Below, one piece after another: positions 48,918 through 57,803 of a DNA stretch of 64,000 nucleotides. The notes below the pieces were generated by a model. That model worked only from the letters and a program-made list of their open reading frames with translations, was not told the origin of the DNA and did no database searches. A program made the translations under genes and the position numbers. This DNA is from a virus. The stretch covers positions 32,001 to 96,000 of the IMG/VR virus record IMGVR_UViG_3300022752_000030; one strand, written 5' to 3'. Each line of letters opens with the position of its first letter. Within the stretch, counting starts at the first letter, position 1.

Positions 48918-50003
48918 TTATAATTTAGATTTTATATATTCAATCTGTGATTTTTGTTCTTTTAATGCTTGTACTAATAATGGAACAATTTTTTCATACA
49001 TAACAGTCAAATATTTTTCACCTGATTTACTATTTCCATATTTATCAGTGTCAAAAGGAGCAATTGCGGTTGCTTCAGGTAAAACAGATTCAACTTCTTG
49101 TGCAATTAAACCAATTTGTGGGCCGTCAATAGTAACACCAAGCTCTTTAGCTTGTTCTGTAAATTCATAATAAACGCCATTTAATTGTTGAATTTTTTCT
49201 AGAGAATTTTCAATAACACCAGAAATATCTTTCAATCTTTTATCTGAATAATTCGCTACAATATTTCCTGTAGCTCGGACACTACCAGTTGGACCTGCTA
49301 CGGTATTTACACCCAATGCAGCAACTTGAGTTACTGCACCGGAAGAACCACCTGTCGGACCTGTTGGACCTGTTGGACCTGTTGGTCCAGTTGGACCTGT
49401 TGGACCACTTGTTCCTGTTGGACCTGTTGGTCCTTGAACGCCTTGAAAACCTTGTAAACCTGTCGCAGCTGCAGGACCTGTAGGACCTTGAGCACCTGGT
49501 ACACCAGTTGGTCCAGTAGAACCTGTTGCACCAGTAGAACCTTGAGCACCTTGTCTACCTTGGAAACCTGTAGCACCTTGAGTACCTGCTGCACCTTGAG
49601 CACCTGGTACACCAGTTGGTCCAGTAGAACCTGTTGCGCCAGTAGAACCTTGAGCACCTTGAAAACCTTGAGCACCCTGAACACCAGGAACTCCAATAGA
49701 ACCTTGAACACCTGTTGGTCCTGTTGGTCCTTGAACCCCTTGTAAACCCTGAGCGCCTTGAGCACCTTGAAAACCTTGAGCTCCTTGAACACCAGAAACG
49801 CCTGTTGCACCTTGAGCGCCTGGTACACCAGTTGGTCCTTGAGTACCTGTAGCACCTTGAACGCCCTGAGCACCTTGTGAGCCCGCTAAACCTTGTGGTC
49901 CTTTAATGCCGGATTGTGGTCCAATCCAATTACCATTAGAGTCTAAAACATCTGTTGAACCAACAGTTAGTCCGTTTTTAACGATGAAATTGCTTGTTGC
50001 CAT
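48918..50003 (-). CDS. collagen-like fibre with peptidase S74 intramolecular chaperone
   Basis: About 60 Gly-X-Y triplets; YS|DKRLK; GLIAQEV. Confidence 0.9.
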   Translation of the reverse strand: MATSNFIVKNGLTVGSTDVLDSNGNWIGPQSGIKGPQGLAGSQGAQGVQGATGTQGPTGVPGAQGATGVSGVQGAQGFQGAQGAQGLQGVQGPTGPTGVQGSIGVPGVQGAQGFQGAQGSTGATGSTGPTGVPGAQGAAGTQGATGFQGRQGAQGSTGATGSTGPTGVPGAQGPTGPAAATGLQGFQGVQGPTGPTGTSGPTGPTGPTGPTGPTGPTGGSSGAVTQVAALGVNTVAGPTGSVRATGNIVANYSDKRLKDISGVIENSLEKIQQLNGVYYEFTEQAKELGVTIDGPQIGLIAQEVESVLPEATAIAPFDTDKYGNSKSGEKYLTVMYEKIVPLLVQALKEQKSQIEYIKSKL

Positions 50004-51097
50004 TACTTACCTCTATTTTCTAATTTTGTTAGTAACGCAGAAATTTGTTTCTGTTGTTCTTTAATTGCTTCGATCACAATAGGAACAACCTTTTCATACT
50101 GAACTGTAAGATAATTTTCTCCAGTTTTACTATTTCCATTTGCGTCAATATCAAAAGGAGCAGGCGAAACAATTTCAGGTGCTGAAGTTTTAACTTGTTG
50201 TGCAATTAAACCCACTTGTTTACTATAATCATTGTAACCAAAACTTTCAGCCAATTTGCTCTGAGTGTAATAAATTCCACTCCACGCTTGAATTTTTTCC
50301 AAACAATTTTCTATTGTACCTGAAATATCTTTCAATCTTTTATCGGATGCACCAGCCGTAATATTTCCTGATGCTTGAATTGTGCCTGTTGGGCCTACAG
50401 CAGCATTGATGCCTAAAGCTGAAACGTTTGGTGTTGATGTTGTGCCTCCACTTGCTGAAGGACCTTGAGGTCCTTGTGGACCTGTTGGTCCTGTACCTCC
50501 TTGTGGACCTGTTGGTCCTGGAGAACCTTGTGGACCTGTTGATCCTGCACCACCTTGTGGTCCTCTAGGACCTTGTGCTCCAGTTCCACCAGTTGGCCCA
50601 GTTGGTCCCTGAGCACCTTGGAAACCCGAAGCACCTTGAGCACCTACTGGTGATGAACCTTGTGGACCCTGTGGACCTTGAGGTCCTGTAGCACCTTGAG
50701 CACCTGTTGCACCTTGAGCACCTTGGAAACCCGAAGCACCTTGAGCACCTACTGGTGATGAACCTTGTGGCCCTTGAATGCCAGCAGCACCTTGAGCACC
50801 AGTTCGACCTTGTGGACCCTGAGCACCAGTAGCACCCTGCACGCCTTGAGCACCTATTGGTGATGAACCTTGTGGCCCTTGAGTACCAGCAGCACCTTGA
50901 GCACCTTGAAAACCAGTGGCACCTTGAGCGCCTTGGAAACCAGAAGCGCCTTGATCACCAGCAGAACCTTGAAAACCTGTTGGTCCTTGAACACCTTGAT
51001 AAGAAGATGCTGGACCAGTCCAAGTTCCACTTGAGTTAATGACATCTGTTGATCCAACAGTTAGTCCGTTTTTAACGATGAAATTGCTTGTTGCCAT
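50003..51097 (-). CDS. collagen-like fibre with peptidase S74 intramolecular chaperone
   Basis: Gly-X-Y tract with three GSSP interruptions; AS|DKRLK. Confidence 0.9.
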   Translation of the reverse strand: MATSNFIVKNGLTVGSTDVINSSGTWTGPASSYQGVQGPTGFQGSAGDQGASGFQGAQGATGFQGAQGAAGTQGPQGSSPIGAQGVQGATGAQGPQGRTGAQGAAGIQGPQGSSPVGAQGASGFQGAQGATGAQGATGPQGPQGPQGSSPVGAQGASGFQGAQGPTGPTGGTGAQGPRGPQGGAGSTGPQGSPGPTGPQGGTGPTGPQGPQGPSASGGTTSTPNVSALGINAAVGPTGTIQASGNITAGASDKRLKDISGTIENCLEKIQAWSGIYYTQSKLAESFGYNDYSKQVGLIAQQVKTSAPEIVSPAPFDIDANGNSKTGENYLTVQYEKVVPIVIEAIKEQQKQISALLTKLENRGK

Positions 51098-51098
51098 A

Positions 51099-52295
51099 TT
51101 AGTTCAAAGCTCCTTCTAATTGTTCTATTTCTTTTTGTTGTTCTTTAATCGTTTCAACAATTAGAGGTATTAATCTTTCATACTGAACTGTCAAATAAAA
51201 CTCACCTGTTTTACTGCCATTTCCCTCTGTTACATCAAATGGAGCAGGCTTAACAATTTCAGGCATAACTTTTTGAACTTCTTGTGCAATCAAACCAACT
51301 TGATTTTTATAATTATTGTAACCAAAAATTTCAGCTAACTTATTTTGTCTATAAAATACACCGTTTAATTGATATAATTTTTCACCTGCATTTTTAATTG
51401 TTTCGATATTATCTTTAAGTCTAATATCGGAATAACCTGCTATAATTGATCCTGTGGCTTGTAATGTACCTGTTGGACCTGCTGCAATATTTACACCAAG
51501 AGCGGTTGCTTGAGTACCCAATGAACCGCCAGTGCCAGATGGACCTTGTGGTCCAGTACCTCCAGGTGAACCTGTTGGGCCAGTACCTCCAGGTGATCCT
51601 GTAGGACCTTGGGCTCCTGGTACACCATTTGGTCCTGGTGAACCTGTTGGTCCTGTTGGACTCGTTGGACCTGTAGGGCCTGTACTTCCTGCTGGTCCTT
51701 GAGAACCTTGTGGTCCTGTTGGTCCTGTTGCTCCAGTCACACCGGTTGTACCAGTACCTCCTGTTGATCCTTGAACACCAGCTGGTCCTTGAACACCAGC
51801 TGGTCCTTGAGAACCTTGTGGTCCTGTTGGTCCTGTTGCTCCAGTCACACCAGTTGTACCAGTACCTCCTGTTGATCCTTGAACACCAGCTGGTCCTTGA
51901 ACACCAGCTGGTCCTTGAGAACCTTGTGGTCCTGTTGGTCCTGTTGCTCCAGTTGTACCTTGAAAACCTGCTGGTCCTTGAACACCAACAGTTCCTTGAG
52001 TTCCCTGTGGACCTGTTGATCCTTGAACGCCGGCTGGTCCTGTTGGTCCTGTTGCACCAGTTGTACCTTGAAAACCTGCTGGTCCTTGAACACCAACAGT
52101 TCCTTGTGATCCTTGAGCGCCCACAGTTCCTTGTGAACCCTGAGTGCCGGATATACCCGAAAAGCCTTGCGGACCTTGAGCGCCCGCAAGACCTTTCACG
52201 TTGGATTGTGATCCTATCCAGTTACCTGAAGAATCTATGACGTTTGTTGTTCCAACAGTTACGCCATTTTTAACGATGAAATTTGAATTAGCCAA
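51099..52295 (-). CDS. collagen-like fibre with peptidase S74 intramolecular chaperone
   Basis: TTG start after GGGGAG; Gly-X-Y tract with about 108-bp tandem duplications; YS|DIRLK. Confidence 0.9.
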   Translation of the reverse strand: MANSNFIVKNGVTVGTTNVIDSSGNWIGSQSNVKGLAGAQGPQGFSGISGTQGSQGTVGAQGSQGTVGVQGPAGFQGTTGATGPTGPAGVQGSTGPQGTQGTVGVQGPAGFQGTTGATGPTGPQGSQGPAGVQGPAGVQGSTGGTGTTGVTGATGPTGPQGSQGPAGVQGPAGVQGSTGGTGTTGVTGATGPTGPQGSQGPAGSTGPTGPTSPTGPTGSPGPNGVPGAQGPTGSPGGTGPTGSPGGTGPQGPSGTGGSLGTQATALGVNIAAGPTGTLQATGSIIAGYSDIRLKDNIETIKNAGEKLYQLNGVFYRQNKLAEIFGYNNYKNQVGLIAQEVQKVMPEIVKPAPFDVTEGNGSKTGEFYLTVQYERLIPLIVETIKEQQKEIEQLEGALN

Positions 52296-52331
52296 GGTTC
52301 ATTCTCCCCTTTTTAAGTGTTATTTTGCTAA

Positions 52332-54848
52332 TCAAACAGCGATTAATGTAGCAACAATTTTCGCAGTTGTTGTACTGTTTGTTGGAGTAAACAATACATT
52401 CAAATTACCAGATGTGATTGATGCATCAAAAGTTCCTAATGATGAACCAGACTTAACTTCACCGTATTGTGCAACGTATGCTGTTGTACCATCGTGAATA
52501 ATATTTAATTCAATCATATGATAAGAAGAACCACTTGTCATTTGTGCCAATATTTTTGCTGAGCGATATGTTGCTATTGCAAAAGAAAATGCTGTAACTT
52601 GTGATGTTGTAGAAGTCGTATATGATGTTGAAGTCATATATGAACTTGTATTGATAGTTACAGATGTATTGGATGACAATGCAGAAGCATAAATTGGGCT
52701 GTTAGATGAAATTGCACCAGTTACTACACCACCAGATTTTGCTAAAGAATTTGTTGTTGCAGTATTAGCAGCAGCAAATGCAGAGTTAGCATAAGAACCA
52801 GCTGTTACTGCTTTGGAGTCTGCTGTAGCTGCATTAGTTGTAGCAGTATTTGCTTGAGCATATGCAGAGTTAGCATAAGAACCAGCTGTTACTGCTTTAG
52901 AATCAGCTGTATTAGCAGCAGCAAATGCTGAGTTAGCATAAGAACCAGCTGTTACTGCTTTAGAGTCTGCTGTAGCTGCATTAGTTGTAGCAGTATTTGC
53001 TTGAGCGTATGCTGAATTTGCATAAGAACCAGCTGTTACTGCTTTAGAATCAGCTGTATTAGCAGCAGTAAATGCAGAGTTAGCTTGAGTGAATACTACG
53101 TTAAGTTGTGGTGTTGAAGCTATGTTAACTTCCGAACCAGTTGGTCCCATAACAAAAGTACCGTTAGTTTCATTCCAAACGACACGAACATTTGGTTGAT
53201 CGCCACGAATAACTTGGAAACCAGAATATGTTCTAGATACGCCTGAACCAGACTCACCTTTATTTAAATCGATGATGTTATCATCAACGTTTAAGTTTGT
53301 TGTGTGTACAGTAGTCGTTGTACCATTGATTGTTAAATTACCAGTAATCGTTGCATCACCAGTAACAGTTTGATTGCCAGAAATTTGTACTGTTGGTGCA
53401 GTCAATGTAACTTGTGTATTGGAAGTAATTCTTGCTAAAGAACCTAATCCTGATGCTTCAACAATAACATCACCGTTTTGACCTGTTGTTTGAATTCTTG
53501 TTGTTGAATTTGATGTTAATGTAATATTACCTGTACCATAAGTTTGTAATTGTATACCTTGATTTGTATTAGCGGTAAAAGTAATATTTTCAGCACTAGA
53601 TCCTAAAACTGGACTACCATCAACATAAAGAGTATTTGCACCAAGGTGTAAGTCGTTTGCATAGATACTTGCAAATTTTAAAGTTGGTGATCCAATATTT
53701 GTTGTATTGCTTGTTTTTGGTAAAATATTACCATTAACTGTAACTGTACCACCAATTGTACCACCTGATGTTACAAATGTATTTCCTACGTTAGCAGCAG
53801 CATATGCAGAGTTAGCATAAGAACCAGCTGTTACTGCTTTGGAATCAGCTGTAGCTGCATTGGTTGTTGCTGTATTAGCTTGACCATATGCAGAGTTAGC
53901 ATAAGAACCAGCTGTTACTGCTTTGGAGTCTGCTGTATTGGCTGCTGTATATGCAGAGTTAGCATAAGAACCAGCTGTTACTGCTTTGGAGTCTGCTGTA
54001 TTGGCTGCTGTATATGCTGAATTTGCATAATAACCAGCTGTTACTGCTTTGGAGTCTGCTGTAGCAGCATTAGTTGTAGCGGTATTTGCTTGATCATACG
54101 CAGAATTGGCTTTTGTAAATGCTGGAGCAATCTGTGGTGCCACGTTATTAGCTGCAGCAAATGCTGAGTTTGCAACATTAAATGCTGAGTTAGCATAAGA
54201 AATTGCACCCAAATCAACATAAGTATTTCCGTTACCGTCAACGCCTGTAATATTATTTAATACTTCCAACATTGCTGGACTAATTTGTGCAACGTTTGAA
54301 GATAATGTAGAAACAGTATTTGTTAGTGAAAGAAGGTCAGTTTGATAAGCTAATGTTCCACCATTTACAGATAAACGATTGTCTGTGTTTGCAACTGTCA
54401 AACCACCAATAACAACTGTATTTGAAGCATTAACTGTATTAACGCTTAATTTTCTTGTGCTAAAAAATACAGCTGTACCAGTAATTGCTTCTGTTAATAA
54501 GACTCTTGCTGTATTGTTATTTACAATTTCAATATTAGCAACTTGTAAATTATGATTGGCATCATATACAAAAAAACCTAGGTCAGAAGAACCTAGGTCG
54601 TGTGTTACTGTCCAGGTATTGGATGCAACACCTTGTGTGTGCAAATATGCTGATTGTGCGGTACCAATTGGTTGCCAAGTCCAATAATTGCTACCGTAAT
54701 TTAATTCGGTGTAAATGTATGGCGTTCCTTGTTGTACAATAATTGTTCTTGGTGCTGGATTTGCTGGAAAACCATTATAATCCGTTTCGAAAATTAGGCC
54801 GGCTGTTAGATTCAAGCCTCCTAAAACTCTAATTTGATTTGATGCCAT
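52332..54848 (-). CDS. tail fibre-like structural protein with Ala/Asn coiled-coil repeats
   Basis: ADSKAVTAGSYANSA repeats; C-terminal YRSAK...IHDG...YG domain. Confidence 0.8.
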   Translation of the reverse strand: MASNQIRVLGGLNLTAGLIFETDYNGFPANPAPRTIIVQQGTPYIYTELNYGSNYWTWQPIGTAQSAYLHTQGVASNTWTVTHDLGSSDLGFFVYDANHNLQVANIEIVNNNTARVLLTEAITGTAVFFSTRKLSVNTVNASNTVVIGGLTVANTDNRLSVNGGTLAYQTDLLSLTNTVSTLSSNVAQISPAMLEVLNNITGVDGNGNTYVDLGAISYANSAFNVANSAFAAANNVAPQIAPAFTKANSAYDQANTATTNAATADSKAVTAGYYANSAYTAANTADSKAVTAGSYANSAYTAANTADSKAVTAGSYANSAYGQANTATTNAATADSKAVTAGSYANSAYAAANVGNTFVTSGGTIGGTVTVNGNILPKTSNTTNIGSPTLKFASIYANDLHLGANTLYVDGSPVLGSSAENITFTANTNQGIQLQTYGTGNITLTSNSTTRIQTTGQNGDVIVEASGLGSLARITSNTQVTLTAPTVQISGNQTVTGDATITGNLTINGTTTTVHTTNLNVDDNIIDLNKGESGSGVSRTYSGFQVIRGDQPNVRVVWNETNGTFVMGPTGSEVNIASTPQLNVVFTQANSAFTAANTADSKAVTAGSYANSAYAQANTATTNAATADSKAVTAGSYANSAFAAANTADSKAVTAGSYANSAYAQANTATTNAATADSKAVTAGSYANSAFAAANTATTNSLAKSGGVVTGAISSNSPIYASALSSNTSVTINTSSYMTSTSYTTSTTSQVTAFSFAIATYRSAKILAQMTSGSSYHMIELNIIHDGTTAYVAQYGEVKSGSSLGTFDASITSGNLNVLFTPTNSTTTAKIVATLIAV

Positions 54849-55077
54849 GTTTTTTTCCTTTTTTGTTCTTTTTAATTATTTTGTTGGGAGGTTTAGCACC
54901 AACAAAAATTACTTGTCCGTTCAATGCTCTATGTATAAGCATAACCAAGTGATACTGGTGACTAATAAATTCTAGTTTTTCATCATCATTCGTATCTTCT
55001 TGACTTTTAAAATTCTTTATGTTTTCTTCAATTTTTTCTATCCAATCGTGTAAATATTGATTAAGTCTACTTGTCAT
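54829..55077 (-). CDS. hypothetical protein
   Basis: 82 aa ORF overlapping both neighbours. Confidence 0.55.
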   Translation of the reverse strand: MTSRLNQYLHDWIEKIEENIKNFKSQEDTNDDEKLEFISHQYHLVMLIHRALNGQVIFVGAKPPNKIIKKNKKGKKHGIKSN

Positions 55078-55298
55078 ATTCTTTTTCTCAATATTAATTC
55101 AGCACGTTCAAAAAATTGTTTCATGTACATAACATCTTTACAATACTGATTTTTAATCTCACCATCACTAAAATCAGCTTCTAATGCATTTTTTTTTAAA
55201 ACCTTCAAACACTTTGATAATTTAACCATAGAGGTTTCAAAATCATTAATACTATACAAATCAATATTTGGCATATTATCCATAATTATTAATCTCAA
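55074..55298 (-). CDS. hypothetical protein
   Basis: About 70 aa ORF following a terminator. Confidence 0.55.
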   Translation of the reverse strand: MRLIIMDNMPNIDLYSINDFETSMVKLSKCLKVLKKNALEADFSDGEIKNQYCKDVMYMKQFFERAELILRKRI

Positions 55299-55305
55299 AA
55301 ATTAT

Positions 55306-55329
55306 GGAGGGAGATTTTACTCTCCCTCC
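55306..55329 (-). terminator. intrinsic terminator
   Basis: GGAGGGAGA...TCTCCCTCC hairpin after the 55353-57023 gene. Confidence 0.7.
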
Positions 55330-55352
55330 TGGCTCAGTTACAAAAAAACAAA

Positions 55353-57023
55353 TTACAACGTAACAAACGACTCGATAGCCGCTTTGATGTTGTTTGCTTC
55401 AGTCAAGTAAACAGTCAATGTGTTTGCGGTTGTTTGTTCTACTGATACGATATCGTTGTAGAAATAACCATTAGCACGTTCGACCAAAACTGTGAATGAA
55501 ACGTATGTAGAATTCAAGTTGTGGTTAATTGTGTGTGTTGTTGCGCCAACGTTTGAACCGTAAGTGAAACGGCGAGCATTGTAGTCAGAACGAATTCCAC
55601 TTTCAGCTGTGTTAGCAGCTGCGAAAGCAGCATTTGCCTGTGTAAATGAAGCAGCAATACTTGTGTTCTGAGTTGTGTTAATACCGTCAAGTCTTAAAAC
55701 TTCAGTATTAGCATAACCATAAGCAGCATTTGCTTGTGTAAATGAAGCAGCAATACTTGTGTTCTGAGTTGTGTTAATACCGTCAAGTCTTAAAACTTCA
55801 GTATTAGCATAACCATAAGCAGCATTTGCGTGGCCAAATGAAGCATTTGCTTGTAAGAAAGAAGCAGCAATACTTGTATTTTGAGTTGTGTTAATACCGT
55901 CAAGTCTTAAAACTTCAGTATTAGCATAACCATAAGCAGCATTTGCTTGTGTAAATGCAGCAGCAATACTTGTGTTCTGAGTTGTGTTAATGCCGTCAAT
56001 TCTAGAAACTTCATTATTAGCATATGTGTAAGCTGAATTTGCTTGTGTAAATGCAGCAGCAATACTTGTATTTTGTTCTACATTGATGCCATCAAGTCTT
56101 AAAACTTCAGTATTAGCATAACCATAAGCAGCATTTGCTTGTGTAAATGAAGCAGCAATACTTGTGTTTTGTTCTGTATTGATGCCATCAAGTCTTAAAA
56201 CTTCAGTATTGGCGTAACCGTAAGCAGCATTTGCGTGGCCAAATGAAGCATTTGCTTGTAAGAAAGAAGCAGCAATACTTGTGTTTTGTTCTACATTGAT
56301 GCCATTAAGTCTTAAAACTTCAGTATTAGCATATGTGTAAGCTGAATTTGCTTGTAAGAAAGAAGCAGCAATACTTGTGTTTTGTTCTGTATTGATGCCA
56401 TCAAGTCTTAAAACTTCAGTATTAGCATAACCATAAGCAGCATTTGCTTGTACGAAAGCGGCATTTGCGTACTGACCTGCACTGTTAGCAGCAGTAAATG
56501 CTGGCTGAATTTGGTCGCTTACGTTATTAGCACGCTCATAAGCAGCATTTGCGTGACCAAATGAAGCATCAATTCTTGTATTTTGCCATACGTCAACACC
56601 ACGAACTAAAGTAATTTCTGTGTTAACAGCGCTATAAACGTTAGCGAGGTTAGAATTTACACCAGAAACTAAGTTGATAACTGTGTTTGCAAAATTAGGA
56701 TCATCACCAATCGCATCAGCTAATTCTCTTAATGTATCAAGTAATACAGGAGCAGAATTAATTAAAGCTGCAATAGAATTATCTGTATAAGAAGTTGCGC
56801 TGTTTAATGTGTCTGTAAGATCCTGATCTACAGGTACATATTTTACTGCAACAGCACCAGTTGCATCTAATGTACTGAACTTTAGACGTTTTTGTGTTGT
56901 GTTGTACCAAATACGACCAGCACTGACCGGTATTGGATCAGAAGCTAAGCGCTCTACGTGTAAGTTTTCTACGAAAGCGCCATTCGCTAACGTAATTCCG
57001 TGAAATACTGGATAATTTGCCAT
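55353..57023 (-). CDS. fibre-like structural protein with 32-aa tandem repeats
   Basis: AP..LDTL.ELA.A.GDDPNF fibre motif; ANTEVLRLDGINT.QNTSIAASF repeats. Confidence 0.8.
   Translation of the reverse strand: MANYPVFHGITLANGAFVENLHVERLASDPIPVSAGRIWYNTTQKRLKFSTLDATGAVAVKYVPVDQDLTDTLNSATSYTDNSIAALINSAPVLLDTLRELADAIGDDPNFANTVINLVSGVNSNLANVYSAVNTEITLVRGVDVWQNTRIDASFGHANAAYERANNVSDQIQPAFTAANSAGQYANAAFVQANAAYGYANTEVLRLDGINTEQNTSIAASFLQANSAYTYANTEVLRLNGINVEQNTSIAASFLQANASFGHANAAYGYANTEVLRLDGINTEQNTSIAASFTQANAAYGYANTEVLRLDGINVEQNTSIAAAFTQANSAYTYANNEVSRIDGINTTQNTSIAAAFTQANAAYGYANTEVLRLDGINTTQNTSIAASFLQANASFGHANAAYGYANTEVLRLDGINTTQNTSIAASFTQANAAYGYANTEVLRLDGINTTQNTSIAASFTQANAAFAAANTAESGIRSDYNARRFTYGSNVGATTHTINHNLNSTYVSFTVLVERANGYFYNDIVSVEQTTANTLTVYLTEANNIKAAIESFVTL
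55620..56460. repeat. coding tandem repeat (about 96/117 bp units, about 8 copies)
   Basis: Recurrent gtcttaaaacttcagtattagcataaccataagcagcatttgc. Confidence 0.85.
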
Positions 57024-57098
57024 TTGATTCCTCTTTTTTTTGTTTTTAAAGTTTAGCTAAACATAACAAAATTTCAATCAATCTTTTTCTATTAAGAA

Positions 57099-57407
57099 TT
57101 ATATATCAAATACTTCGATTGGACCGATATAGAAAATAACATCAACAAAACCTGTAATAGCTTCCGTCAAATCAATTTGAAAAGCATTTTTATCAATAAT
57201 CGTAATCAAAGCATAAAATTCTTGATTATCACTATCTCTCAATGTAACCTGAATCCTGTCCGAGTTTACATTATGTCGAATATACCATTGCAAGGAAGGA
57301 GTCTTTACATTATATCTCCTATAAACAAAATTCGCAGCCGCAACATTCTTGTTAATAGGTGCAAAGTTAACAACTTTACTTGATGCTGGGGATACAGAGA
57401 CCTTCAT
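57099..57407 (-). CDS. small structural protein (HN..LTEA module)
   Basis: WYIRHNVNS...LTEAITG; TATAAATA at 57425-57432. Confidence 0.65.
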   Translation of the reverse strand: MKVSVSPASSKVVNFAPINKNVAAANFVYRRYNVKTPSLQWYIRHNVNSDRIQVTLRDSDNQEFYALITIIDKNAFQIDLTEAITGFVDVIFYIGPIEVFDI

Positions 57408-57445
57408 TTTTTAGTCAACAAATATATTTATACGAAGCGTATCTG

Positions 57446-57802
57446 TTACGGTACTGTTACACTTGGAGATACATTGACAATTCCTTCCATAACTCTTGTT
57501 ATGATGGTATTAGCGGCATCTAAAGGATCGTCCAACACTATTACATCATAAACATACCTACCTGGAGATATGTTTGCTGTATTAGCATTATTTATTCTAA
57601 GTGTAATTCCTCCATTTAATGGATCGGTTATAGTTGCTTGAAATTCAGCAACCAAAGAATTGGTATAATAAGACCTTCTGATTTGGCTTTTACAACCGTA
57701 ACCAGTTAAATTTAAAGGAACGTCATAATTATCCGTAACATATATTGATGTTGAATAATCTGCGCCTTGTTCTACAAATAATTCTTGATATGCTGCTGAC
57801 AT
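57446..57802 (-). CDS. BppU-N-like baseplate/fibre adaptor
   Basis: EQGADY...LNLTGY..SQIRRSY...GRYVYD...RV.EG...P.VT. Confidence 0.7.
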   Translation of the reverse strand: MSAAYQELFVEQGADYSTSIYVTDNYDVPLNLTGYGCKSQIRRSYYTNSLVAEFQATITDPLNGGITLRINNANTANISPGRYVYDVIVLDDPLDAANTIITRVMEGIVNVSPSVTVP

Positions 57803-57803
57803 G

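Noticed and set aside
49289-52497. Long alternative-frame and antisense ORFs (e.g. 49331-49873, 51710-52240)
   Set aside because: By-products of Gly-X-Y codon periodicity; low-complexity translations
55620-56460. CRISPR-like array
   Set aside because: Repeats are in-frame coding units without unique spacers; no cas genes
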